Of a stretch of DNA of 64,000 bases, positions 18,634 to 27,019 are shown piece after piece (position 1 is the stretch's first letter; each line of letters opens with the position of its first letter). Origin of the DNA: a virus; the IMG/VR virus record IMGVR_UViG_3300037467_001303, positions 1 to 64,000 of that record; one strand, written 5' to 3'. Both the position numbers and the translations under genes were made by a program. The notes beneath the pieces were generated by a model that saw nothing but the letters and a program-made list of their open reading frames with translations, ran no database searches and had not been told where the DNA came from.

Positions 18634-19068
18634 GTGGGGGCCGCGCTTGAACTGGCGCTGCGCCTGATCCGGCTGTTCGAGGGCTGCAGGCTCAAGGCCT
18701 ACCTGTGCCCGGCCGGCGTCTGGACGATCTGCTGGGGATCGACGCGCGGGGTGAAGCAGGGAGACACGGCCACGCAGACCCACTGCGACATGCTGCTGGC
18801 CAGCGAGGCCGGCGGCTTCATGCTGCGCGTCCTGCAGCTGTGCCCGGAGCTGGCGCCGTACCCGGCCCGGCTGGCGGCCGTGACCTCGTTCGCGTACAAC
18901 CTGGGCCTGGGGGCGCTGTCGGCCTCGACCCTGCGCCGCAAGATCCGCCGCAAGGACTGGAGCGGAGCAGCAGGGGAGTTCCCGAAGTGGCGCTTCGGCG
19001 GCGGACGCGAGCTGCGCGGCCTGGTGCTGCGCCGGGCGGCCGAGAGGAAGATGTTCGAGGGAGGGTAG
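18634..19068 (+). CDS. Endolysin, phage lysozyme (GH24)
   Basis: FEGCRLKAYLCPAGVWTICWG (E-x8-C-x5-T), SFAYNLG, GLVLRRAAE. Confidence 0.93.
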   Translation: MGAALELALRLIRLFEGCRLKAYLCPAGVWTICWGSTRGVKQGDTATQTHCDMLLASEAGGFMLRVLQLCPELAPYPARLAAVTSFAYNLGLGALSASTLRRKIRRKDWSGAAGEFPKWRFGGGRELRGLVLRRAAERKMFEGG

Positions 19069-19110
19069 GGCGATCAGATTAGCCCGGCTATCCTGATTTT
19101 CTGACAGCAG

Positions 19111-19144
19111 GCCCGTCCACCTTCGCGGTGGGCGGGCTTTTTTT
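19111..19144 (+). terminator. Rho-independent terminator after the lysis cassette
   Basis: GCCCGTCCACC-TTCGC-GGTGGGCGGGC followed by T7. Confidence 0.9.
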
Positions 19145-19148
19145 GCGT

Positions 19149-19382
19149 TTACGGGGTCAAGGTCGCCGGCGCGTTCTCGGCCAGGTCGCGGTAGACGCCA
19201 TCGTCATCCATCAGCAGCGGGATCGAGTTGACCAGCAGGCCGCCGCCGGGCGTGCGCAGGGCGCCGTCAAAGTACAGCATCAGGCTGCGGCTGTTGCCGG
19301 ACGCGAGCACGATCAACGCCTCTTTCTCCTGGCCGTGATAGGCAAGGGTAACGGCCTGGCCCGTTTTGTAGGTCGTGCTCAT
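19149..19382 (-). CDS. Hypothetical protein
   Basis: 77-aa ORF, translationally coupled to the upstream gene. Confidence 0.65.
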   Translation of the reverse strand: MSTTYKTGQAVTLAYHGQEKEALIVLASGNSRSLMLYFDGALRTPGGGLLVNSIPLLMDDDGVYRDLAENAPATLTP

Positions 19383-19630
19383 CGTTGCCCGCTCCGGGCT
19401 TTCTCGGCCAGGTATTGCAAGACGGACGCGGCGCCGTCCGGATTGAAGGCAACCAGGTGCAGGTAGGTGTTGGCGGTCGGGTCAGGCTGGCGCCGGCCCT
19501 GTTCCCAGTTCCGCAGGGCGGCGATCGGCACACCGAAGCGCGAGCTGAATTCACTTTGCGACAGGTCGAGGCCGTGGCGCAGCGCCTTGATCTCGATGGG
19601 GGAGAGGATGGGCAGGTCGGTCGCGCTCAT
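19379..19630 (-). CDS. XRE-family HTH protein (HigA/YiaG-like)
   Basis: IKALRHGLDLSQSEFSSRFGVPIAALRNWEQGRRQP; start reassigned to ATG 19630. Confidence 0.85.
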   Translation of the reverse strand: MSATDLPILSPIEIKALRHGLDLSQSEFSSRFGVPIAALRNWEQGRRQPDPTANTYLHLVAFNPDGAASVLQYLAEKARSGQR

Positions 19631-19950
19631 GGCATCACGTATTCCTTGCCGTCCGGGTCGCGCCGGCGGCCAGTGTCGGGATGTCGGTGCCAATTGCTGG
19701 GTTCGGTGCCGTCCTCGCCCGACCACGCATCGAGCGCGGCCCTGGCCTTCTCGTAGCTGGAGTAGCACCAGCGGCCGTCGCGTTCGTGGCCCCAGGGGGT
19801 GAGGTCGGCCAGCAGCGCCCAGGTATACATCAGCTTCTGGATCGCACAGATCCGGCCGGCCTTGACCTGCAGGTCGGTGACGTAGGGTTCCCAGTTCGCG
19901 CGCACGGCGGCCAGCTCCTGGGCGAGCAGATCGGGGGAGTCGAGGTTCAT
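19627..19950 (-). CDS. Hypothetical protein
   Basis: 107-aa ORF with RWCY and WHRHP motifs; ATGA-coupled to the HTH gene. Confidence 0.7.
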   Translation of the reverse strand: MNLDSPDLLAQELAAVRANWEPYVTDLQVKAGRICAIQKLMYTWALLADLTPWGHERDGRWCYSSYEKARAALDAWSGEDGTEPSNWHRHPDTGRRRDPDGKEYVMP

Positions 19951-19992
19951 GGAGCGGGAGTATAGCGCCTGGATCGGCAGCTCACATCTTGG

Positions 19993-20712
19993 TTAGTTGC
20001 AAAATGGGGGAACGGCCAGGAATTCCGCCGGCAGGTCGACGTTTGGCGGACTGCCGGCGAACATCGGCGCGATCTCGTGATGCTGGTAGCCGGCAAGGCC
20101 ACAGCCGATCGGCGTCAGCATGAAGCGCAGCTCGGGGTGTGCGGCCGCGAACGACTTGAAGGTCTCGACCTTGCGCGCGATCGTGGCCAGCGGCAGCGGG
20201 CGCAGCAGCGCGTCCTTGGTCGGGATCGCGTAGCTGTCGCCCTGCAGGCCCTCGGCCTGGCCGTAGATGGCGCCGTACTTCACCCCCGCCGCCAGGGCAG
20301 CGCCGCGGCCGTGACGGCCGGCCATGTTCGAGCCGAACACGAAGATCGCCCGGCGGGGTTCCGGCACCCGCCACACCGGCACGCCGGCCGCTTCGGCCTT
20401 GGCCACCATGTCGGCGGTGCCAGTGCCGCCCTTGAACGCGACCACGGCCTCGGGGCTGTACTTGATCAGCATGACGGCGTTGCGCATGATGCCGGCGCGC
20501 TTGCCGTAGCGGACCCAGTCCTCTTTCGTGACTTCCTCGGTCTCGAAAGGAATGCCGCGCGTGATCGCCCAGCCGCGTGCGAGCCGGTCGGCGCCGGTGG
20601 CGCCTCCTTCGATCAGCAGGGTGATGCCGTGCTTGGCGTGCACCGCGTCGAGCGCCGAGTAGACCCTGCCCTGGTTGGCGTACTTGCGCCCGCCGGTGAC
20701 GAGCACGCGCAT
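19993..20712 (-). CDS. SLOG (YspA-like) domain fused to a macro-like domain
   Basis: N-term RVLVTGGR..IEGGATGAD..AGIMRN..GGTGTADM; C-term IFVFGSNMAGRHGRGAA..GLQGDSYAIPT..TPIGCGLAG. Confidence 0.8.
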   Translation of the reverse strand: MRVLVTGGRKYANQGRVYSALDAVHAKHGITLLIEGGATGADRLARGWAITRGIPFETEEVTKEDWVRYGKRAGIMRNAVMLIKYSPEAVVAFKGGTGTADMVAKAEAAGVPVWRVPEPRRAIFVFGSNMAGRHGRGAALAAGVKYGAIYGQAEGLQGDSYAIPTKDALLRPLPLATIARKVETFKSFAAAHPELRFMLTPIGCGLAGYQHHEIAPMFAGSPPNVDLPAEFLAVPPFCN

Positions 20713-21057
20713 CTACCAGCCGGCCCAGGCCGCGAACTGCTTGGCCGCCATCCAGGCGTCCAGCAGGTCCCATTCGTGATAGCGCGCTTCCATGAACCAG
20801 GCGTCGAACGAGCCGCGCGTCAGGTCGGGTTCGGCCGACACGCCGTGTTCGCGCAGCCAGCCCTGCCAGACCTGCCAGCCGGTGATACGGCCGACCTGGC
20901 GCGCACGCCATGCGCGGAACTGGTCGCGTTCGGCCTCGGTGGCGCTGCGGCCCGGCCGGATCTGTTCCCATGCCGCCAGCCCGAGCTGGCCGAGCCGGCC
21001 GGCCTGCAGGATGCGCGCCGGGTGTTCTGGCTGCGCGAGGTCGGAAGCCGCCATCAT
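20713..21057 (-). CDS. Trp-rich hypothetical protein
   Basis: Start reassigned to ATG 21057, overlapping the stop of the upstream gene. Confidence 0.6.
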   Translation of the reverse strand: MMAASDLAQPEHPARILQAGRLGQLGLAAWEQIRPGRSATEAERDQFRAWRARQVGRITGWQVWQGWLREHGVSAEPDLTRGSFDAWFMEARYHEWDLLDAWMAAKQFAAWAGW

Positions 21058-21623
21058 GGGCGCGGCCCCAGCTCGTCGTCCAGCTGCCGCTCGGGTGCGA
21101 ACCAGCCGGCGAACCGTCCCCCGGCTGTCAGATGGTCCACGCTCATGATGAGCGGCGCGCCCAGGGTGACGGCACGGCCCTTGCGATGGATTTCCGACCT
21201 GGCCAGCCAGCCGCGGCCGTCGCGGCACTCGATGTTCACCATCAGGCCCTCGATCCGCTCCGGCATGCGGGAGATCTGGCCGTACTGCTGCATCAGCGCA
21301 CGCTTGCGCTCGGCCGGCATCGCATCGGGCAGCGTCCACATTTCGTTGATATGGACGACCGTATGCGCGTTGTGCAGCTTGACCAGTTCGCGGACCGCGA
21401 AGGCGAACCTGTCCTTCTCGGCGGAGGTGCGGAAGATGGCGTCGACGACCACGGTCTCGTCGCCATAGATCAGGACCACCGGGTCGGACTCGCCAGCCTC
21501 GACGATCTGCTTGCGCGCGCCCTTGAGCGCCTGGGTGATGTGGCCCTGGATCTCCGGCGGCAGGTCGGCCAGTGCCAGGTATGCGCTTTCGGGTTCGGGT
21601 GCGGAGTGATCGTTGTCTGTCAT
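21054..21623 (-). CDS. Hypothetical protein
   Basis: 189-aa ORF with SD, normal codon bias. Confidence 0.75.
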   Translation of the reverse strand: MTDNDHSAPEPESAYLALADLPPEIQGHITQALKGARKQIVEAGESDPVVLIYGDETVVVDAIFRTSAEKDRFAFAVRELVKLHNAHTVVHINEMWTLPDAMPAERKRALMQQYGQISRMPERIEGLMVNIECRDGRGWLARSEIHRKGRAVTLGAPLIMSVDHLTAGGRFAGWFAPERQLDDELGPRP

Positions 21624-21627
21624 GGTG

Positions 21628-21960
21628 TCATCCTACAAGTTCGGCGATCTCGCGGACCTTGGCGTGCACGCGCGCGCCGTCCTCGCGGTCCAGGTAGTGG
21701 ACCGAGAAAAACGTCGGGTAGCCGTTGACGCTCATCGGGCCGGCTTCGCTGTACGCTTCATAGAAGAAATGGATGTTGTCGACCACCAGCTGGTCGAGCG
21801 CCGGTTTTTCCATGAAGTTCAGGACCATGAACACCATCGGCAGGTCTTCCTGGCGCTTGAGCATCCAGCTGATAAACACTTCGTGGCGGTAGATCCGCTT
21901 GGCCAGCGCGGCGACTTCGTCGTCGGTCTTGCGTCGGTACAATGGTTCGGGATTTGACAT
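21628..21960 (-). CDS. Hypothetical protein
   Basis: Start ATG 21960 (MSNPEP...); GPMSVNGYPTFFS motif. Confidence 0.7.
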   Translation of the reverse strand: MSNPEPLYRRKTDDEVAALAKRIYRHEVFISWMLKRQEDLPMVFMVLNFMEKPALDQLVVDNIHFFYEAYSEAGPMSVNGYPTFFSVHYLDREDGARVHAKVREIAELVG

Positions 21961-21987
21961 AATGCTAATTATGCGCGCGGGCAATGG

Positions 21988-22173
21988 TTATGGATTGGCG
22001 GCATCTGCCGCAGCCGACTGATCGCGCGCCTGCGCGCGGCGCAGGATCTTCCCGACCGCGAACTTGCTGACCTTGAACTCGGCCGCCAGGGCGACGTGGG
22101 TCAGGCCTTCGCGCCGGCGGCGGCTCACGATCGCCGCGCGTGTCTCGGGCGGGATCTTCCTCGGGGCATTCAT
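21988..22173 (-). CDS. Small HTH-like protein
   Basis: LTHVALAAEFKVSKFAVGKIL. Confidence 0.6.
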   Translation of the reverse strand: MNAPRKIPPETRAAIVSRRRREGLTHVALAAEFKVSKFAVGKILRRAQARDQSAAADAANP

Positions 22174-22430
22174 GCGGACATACGCTCCTGCCGGTCAAGG
22201 CGGCGCATCAGTTTCAGGTCTTCGGCCAGCATCTTGCGCAGCGATCTCCCGCCGTGGCCCTTGACCGCCTTGATGTGGGAGCGGATCTCGGCCAGCGCAC
22301 CCGGCTGGCGCAGCAGGTCCACCCGCGCATGGCGGACCTGGGTCAGGGTCGCCAGCACCTCGGCCTCGTTCTGGTCCACTGGCGGCGCCCACATCGCCAG
22401 CGCGGCCCGCTTTCTGTCTCTCATGTTCAT
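22170..22430 (-). CDS. Hypothetical protein
   Basis: Start reassigned to ATG 22430; coupled overlaps at both ends. Confidence 0.6.
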   Translation of the reverse strand: MNMRDRKRAALAMWAPPVDQNEAEVLATLTQVRHARVDLLRQPGALAEIRSHIKAVKGHGGRSLRKMLAEDLKLMRRLDRQERMSA

Positions 22431-22663
22431 AGTGGCTTCTCGTTCACAGGGTCGATCTTCGGCATCTTGAGGCCGAACTGCTTCTCGATCGCGGCCAGGA
22501 TGTCGTCCTGGGTCTCGCCATACAGGATGGCGACCACGTCGTCGGGGCTGGCCTTGCCCAGCTCGCTCATCTTGAACAGCATGGGGTCGCCGGCCTTCAG
22601 GCGCTCGATGTTCTTCGCTTCGAGGCCGAAGATCACCAGGTTGCCGCTGCGTGCTTTGATCAT
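22427..22663 (-). CDS. Hypothetical protein
   Basis: Start reassigned to ATG 22663 (MIKARSG...). Confidence 0.65.
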   Translation of the reverse strand: MIKARSGNLVIFGLEAKNIERLKAGDPMLFKMSELGKASPDDVVAILYGETQDDILAAIEKQFGLKMPKIDPVNEKPL

Positions 22664-23031
22664 TGGTCGTCCAGGTACTTGTTGCAGTTGCCGCAGTAGC
22701 GGTGCTGGATGTCGTTCGCGTTGTACGAGGTGCGCCCGCACGTCGTGCAGGTGATGCCGGGGAACGGCTCATCGACCAGCCGGTAGCGCGGGCGCGGCCC
22801 GTCCACTGCGAGGCCGAGCCGTTCGCGCCATGCCAGGGAGGCCTCGGGCGGGCCGACCACCATGTTGCATTTCAGGTGCCCCGACAGCAGGCTGTCGACG
22901 ATCCACGCCGGCTCGTCCTCGGCTCGGCGTTTTTCCCACGCCTTGATAAGCGAGGTGAGATCGTCGATCGGGATGGCGCCCTCGATCACGATGCAGTCAT
23001 TGCTGCGGATGATCGCGTAGCGTTCGCTCAT
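22660..23031 (-). CDS. Hypothetical protein with C-terminal Zn ribbon
   Basis: CTTC...CGNC. Confidence 0.7.
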   Translation of the reverse strand: MSERYAIIRSNDCIVIEGAIPIDDLTSLIKAWEKRRAEDEPAWIVDSLLSGHLKCNMVVGPPEASLAWRERLGLAVDGPRPRYRLVDEPFPGITCTTCGRTSYNANDIQHRYCGNCNKYLDDQ

Positions 23032-23246
23032 GGCATGAGACTGTTCAGGTCGCGCCGGATCTCGGCCGCCATGTCCTCAAGGAGGCCAGGCAGCGCGGCC
23101 AGCACTCCCGGCGGGGCCTGGACGGAAAAGCCGGTGCCCTTCCCGCCGCCGATGATGATGAGCGCCGCGCCGAGCGCGCCAGTCTTCATGCGCGCCTCGG
23201 TACACACGTCGTCGTACTTGCCCGGATTGTGTTCGGTATGGATCAT
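23028..23246 (-). CDS. Hypothetical protein
   Basis: Coupled 72-aa ORF. Confidence 0.65.
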   Translation of the reverse strand: MIHTEHNPGKYDDVCTEARMKTGALGAALIIIGGGKGTGFSVQAPPGVLAALPGLLEDMAAEIRRDLNSLMP

Positions 23247-23485
23247 GCGTTGCCTCCGGGCGCGTTGTCCATCATGTAGGCAGAGAACATCTTGAACGAG
23301 CCGCGCACGAACGCGCTCACGTCGGCCGGCGTGGGGTGGCGTTCGCGCACCTGGGCCAGCAGCACGTCGCGCGGGGGCGTCGGCACGCCGTGCTTGGCCG
23401 CGCCGTTCATCATCACGTCGACCAGCTCCTCGTGCGTCACCACGCCGCGCTCGGCCTTGTCCATCAGTTCCGCGGTTGAATTCAT
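23243..23485 (-). CDS. Hypothetical protein
   Basis: Coupled 80-aa ORF. Confidence 0.65.
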   Translation of the reverse strand: MNSTAELMDKAERGVVTHEELVDVMMNGAAKHGVPTPPRDVLLAQVRERHPTPADVSAFVRGSFKMFSAYMMDNAPGGNA

Positions 23486-23486
23486 G

Positions 23487-24113
23487 TCATTTTTCCTTGT
23501 TCGGCCTCGGCGGGAAGAACTCCCGGATGTCGGCGTATTTCATTTCCAGCGGTCCGCCCCAGGCCATCGAGATCGCCCAGTCGTACTGTTTCGTGTCGAC
23601 CATCGGCACCCGGATCTTCTGGCCCGGCACGATCTCGCATAGCGTCTCGTCGCGGTCGACGATGATGTGCAGGCGGCAGGCCAGCGGGCGCTCGGCGTAG
23701 ATCGAGCAGGCGCCGTTCACGAGGAACCGGCACGCGACCCCGTCGTAGCGGTTGCGCACCTTCTCGATGTTGGCGAGGTCGACGTTGAACGCCTTCGGCA
23801 TCGTCATCTTCGCGCCGGTGGCGGCGGCGATCGCGCGGGCTTCGTCCAGGTGGACCATGGTCGCCATGTGGCAGCAGTGGCTGCAGCCCTTCCTGCAGGG
23901 CGTGAACCCCTTCGCGGCCTGGCCCAGCTTGTCGGCCATGTTGCGCAGCAGGATCACCTTGGCCTTCGGGCTGTTCGCGGCCTTGGCCTGGTTGGCCAGC
24001 GCGCTCATGCCTGGTGTGTCCAGGCGTCGGTTGATCTCCTTGGCCATGCGCTCGGCGTGCTCGAACATCGCCGGGTCGTTCTCCCGCTGTCGTATCTTTT
24101 CCAGGTCAGCCAT
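23487..24113 (-). CDS. YkgJ-family CxxxCxxCC metal-binding protein
   Basis: CRKGCSHCCH...CRFLVNGACSIYAERPLACR. Confidence 0.85.
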   Translation of the reverse strand: MADLEKIRQRENDPAMFEHAERMAKEINRRLDTPGMSALANQAKAANSPKAKVILLRNMADKLGQAAKGFTPCRKGCSHCCHMATMVHLDEARAIAAATGAKMTMPKAFNVDLANIEKVRNRYDGVACRFLVNGACSIYAERPLACRLHIIVDRDETLCEIVPGQKIRVPMVDTKQYDWAISMAWGGPLEMKYADIREFFPPRPNKEK

Positions 24114-24342
24114 CCTGCCCTCCAAAACTGGGCGTCAGGATAGCAAAATAGCGCAGGTCGGGTGGGTACAGGTGGCCGACGGCCCACTTGGCGGCCGAGT
24201 CGGCCTTCTCGAACGTGTCGTACGGGGTGGCCAGGCGCACGTCGGTCATCGTGTAGGTCTTGGTGCGCGGACCGTCCAGGCTGTCATACGACTCGATCAC
24301 GAGAAAGCCGCCGTACAGGGCGACGTAATACGGTGCGCTCAC
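24106..24342 (-). CDS. Hypothetical protein
   Basis: GTG start overlapping the stop of the upstream gene (MSAPYYVALY...). Confidence 0.55.
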   Translation of the reverse strand: MSAPYYVALYGGFLVIESYDSLDGPRTKTYTMTDVRLATPYDTFEKADSAAKWAVGHLYPPDLRYFAILTPSFGGQDG

Positions 24343-24713
24343 GCCATCGCCCTCGCGCGGCGTACCAGGTAGCGGCCCTCGCGGGCGTTGCGGCTGGTCG
24401 AGGATAGCGCGCCGGCGCGCAGCTGCTCGCTGACGTGGTAGACGGCGCGCCGGTGGCCGGCCAGCGCCTGCTGGTAGGTGCAGTAGCGCTCCTGGTAGTC
24501 CTGCACCCTGGTATCGAAGATCATGGTCTCGAACAGCAATGGCTCGCCCGGCCCGAAGCGGTGGTCGAGGCCGAGGAAGACGGTCGAGATCCTGATCTTG
24601 CCCAGCCGGGTGAGGGCGACCCGGCGCCGCCCGGGGTTGCCGAACCATTCGACCCACGTCATCAGGTCGACCTCGACCGGGATCTTGTCCTTGTTCAGGA
24701 TGTAGTGCGTCAT
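24339..24713 (-). CDS. Hypothetical phage protein
   Basis: ISTVFLGLDH..LLFETMIF motif. Confidence 0.7.
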   Translation of the reverse strand: MTHYILNKDKIPVEVDLMTWVEWFGNPGRRRVALTRLGKIRISTVFLGLDHRFGPGEPLLFETMIFDTRVQDYQERYCTYQQALAGHRRAVYHVSEQLRAGALSSTSRNAREGRYLVRRARAMA

Positions 24714-26440
24714 GCGGTTTTTCGTTCAGATGTGTTGAGCAGGCCATGGATGACCCGCTTGGCGTCGGTGACGCTGCCGTTGATCAGGATCAGGCGGTCG
24801 CCGACCGCCTTCTTGAGGCGGTCCTGCATCGAGTGCGAGGTGAAGCGGGTCATCAGGATCACGCGGTCGCAGTTCTTGACGCTGTCGACCATGCGCGTGT
24901 TGTGGGATTCGATGTACTCGAACTTGACCTCGGGGAAGGTCTTGTCCAGGTCGTCGGCATAGGTGCTGCGGCCGCTGACCATGCCGATGCGCATCTTCTT
25001 GGGCTTCGGCTCCGGTGCCCGTCCGATGCTGCCCAGCAGTGACGCGACGTTGGTGACGTTCGCCGGCAGCGCGCTGGGGGCCTCGACCTGGCTGCTTGCC
25101 AGTGCCTGCACGATCATCGGCAGCAGCTGGGCGCCCAGTTCGCGTGCGAACAGCTCGACCAGCGGGCGTAGTGCCGTTTCCCAGGGATTCGGGGGTGGCG
25201 CGACCACCGCGGCGCGGCGCTCCTCGAACGCTTGCACGGCCTGGGCATGCTGGGCCTTGGAGGCCTCGGTACGCATGCGCCTGATCTCCTTGAAGGCGTC
25301 CAGCAGGCATGCGCGCAGCTTGTCCATCAGTGCGCTGCGCAGCTGGCGGCGCCGTTCCTGGGGCAGCACGCGCTGGGCCTGCATGATGTCCTGCACCGTC
25401 AGCGCGCCGGTGGTATTGCGCTCGATGTACCTGGAGTGCGGATGAAGGCGGTCGATCTCCAGTGCGATCTCGACCCATTCGGCGGTGCTCCAGAAGATCC
25501 GCTGCTCGCCGACCCGAGAGAAGGTGGCGCCGACCGGCTTCTCCCTGGATGTGGTCGCTTGCACCGCAGGTTCCGGCACCGCCTCGGCCGCTGGCGAAGG
25601 TGGTGCTGGCGGCTCCGGGACAGGTTCCAGGGCCGCTACCTGTACCGATTCGACAGGCGATTCGACCATGACGGGGTTGCCGTAATAGAACGGATCGCGG
25701 TCGCGCCGGGCACGTTCGTACTCCTGCATCAGGCGCGCGGCCGGTCCCTTGAGCCACTTGAAGTTGCGTTGCCGGCCTGGCTCCATCATCGAGGCGGCCA
25801 TGTTCAGCTCGCGCAGTGTGACGCCATCCATGGTCTTGGCCTCGACCAGGTTGAGCGTCGGGCACATCGTGTGCAGGGCCAGTGCGCAGAACCGCCACTC
25901 GTCGTCGCTCCAGCGGATCTTCGACTGGCGTTGCTTGTTGCCCTTGCGCCGCCCGCTCCGTGCGTCGCCCTCGTCTGTCTCGTCGTCCTCTTCACTGCCC
26001 CCATCAGGCACCGCGGCCGCCACGGCTGCCGGCTCGGATACGGATAGCACAGGGGCCTGCGGGGCCGCCACAGCCTCTACAGGCGTCGATCCGGTGGTGG
26101 GCAAGGGGTCGGGCTGGTGAGCGGGATCGAATGGCATGGCGGGCGTTCCAGAGGCTGGCTGCAGGTGGGCGATGGCGTCGGCCGTCTCGACGGTGAGGCC
26201 GCCCCGGCCGGTGACGCGAATCAGGGCCGCCACCAGGTCGCGCTTGAGGCGGTTGAGCTTGGGGCGCATGGCCTGCCGATGCGGCGGCATGGCGTTCTGG
26301 ATCAGGGGCGTCACTTCGAGGTCGTTCAGGTCGATCTGGTGCGGCTGGGTTACACGGTCAAGGCCACGTCCCGGGTACTTGAACAGGATGTCGCGGGCAA
26401 GTGCGTCTAGTTCGCTGTCGGTCCAAATGCTTTTGCTCAT
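24710..26440 (-). CDS. Protein with three W(S/T)xxE helical repeats and a C-terminal DUF2325-like domain
   Basis: IWTDSEL, RWSDDEW and FWSTAEW repeats; C-term CDRVILMTRFTSHS..ILINGSV. Confidence 0.75.
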   Translation of the reverse strand: MSKSIWTDSELDALARDILFKYPGRGLDRVTQPHQIDLNDLEVTPLIQNAMPPHRQAMRPKLNRLKRDLVAALIRVTGRGGLTVETADAIAHLQPASGTPAMPFDPAHQPDPLPTTGSTPVEAVAAPQAPVLSVSEPAAVAAAVPDGGSEEDDETDEGDARSGRRKGNKQRQSKIRWSDDEWRFCALALHTMCPTLNLVEAKTMDGVTLRELNMAASMMEPGRQRNFKWLKGPAARLMQEYERARRDRDPFYYGNPVMVESPVESVQVAALEPVPEPPAPPSPAAEAVPEPAVQATTSREKPVGATFSRVGEQRIFWSTAEWVEIALEIDRLHPHSRYIERNTTGALTVQDIMQAQRVLPQERRRQLRSALMDKLRACLLDAFKEIRRMRTEASKAQHAQAVQAFEERRAAVVAPPPNPWETALRPLVELFARELGAQLLPMIVQALASSQVEAPSALPANVTNVASLLGSIGRAPEPKPKKMRIGMVSGRSTYADDLDKTFPEVKFEYIESHNTRMVDSVKNCDRVILMTRFTSHSMQDRLKKAVGDRLILINGSVTDAKRVIHGLLNTSERKTA

Positions 26441-26689
26441 GGTTGTCAGTGTTTGGTTTCTTCTTGTTATCTATCGTACCTGACATGTCTTTAAACAAAA
26501 AGCATTCAAATGCAATCGCAATTTGAAATTCCGGGTTTTACATTCCCCGCGTTGCTGGATCAATACACATTTGCAAGCATATGATTTGAAAGCACAAAAA
26601 AATGATTACAAAGTGACAAGGTGAAAATTTGTGAGATTTTGTAGGAAAGCTCCTACGGCCTAACGTGGAAGTTCTCGAATGTGTGTCAT

Positions 26690-27019
26690 TTGTAGCAAGC
26701 GCGCTTTACAAGTTCAACTTGCTACAACTGACCCACATTGCATAGCGCTTTGGGGGTTTGCCTGCATTGCCCGGGTCTATTTATTAAATAAGGGTTCAGA
26801 GAATGGTTAGCGGGTGTGGACAAGTGGCGCAAGTTGTTGATAACACTGGCCGTTTTCCACACCCCTTGTGGGCTGGGTGTAGCGATATGTGGGTCAGTTT
26901 TAGCAAAACGTGGGCTGGCTGTAGTGCATTGTGGGCTGGCTGGAGTGGGTTTTGCCCCGATTGTGGGCTGGCTGTAGTCCAATGTGGGCTGGTTGTAGCT
27001 CATTGTGGGCTGGTTGTAG
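26690..27019. promoter_or_regulatory. Plasmid-type replication origin (iterons, DnaA boxes, AT-rich segment)
   Basis: AT-rich 26778-26791; DnaA-box-like 9-mers at 26815, 26835 and 26853 (each 8/9 match); iterons lie downstream of, and overlap, the initiator gene. Confidence 0.85.
26867..27019 (+). repeat. Seven 16-bp iterons TGTGGGCTGGYTGTAG
   Basis: Starts at 26867, 26888, 26909, 26930, 26962, 26983 and 27004 (spacing 21,21,21,32,21,21); an inverted copy at 26722-26737. Confidence 0.92.

Noticed and set aside
26867-27019. CRISPR array
   Set aside because: 16-bp repeats with mostly 5-bp gaps, no spacer-length unique sequences and no cas genes; this fits iterons.
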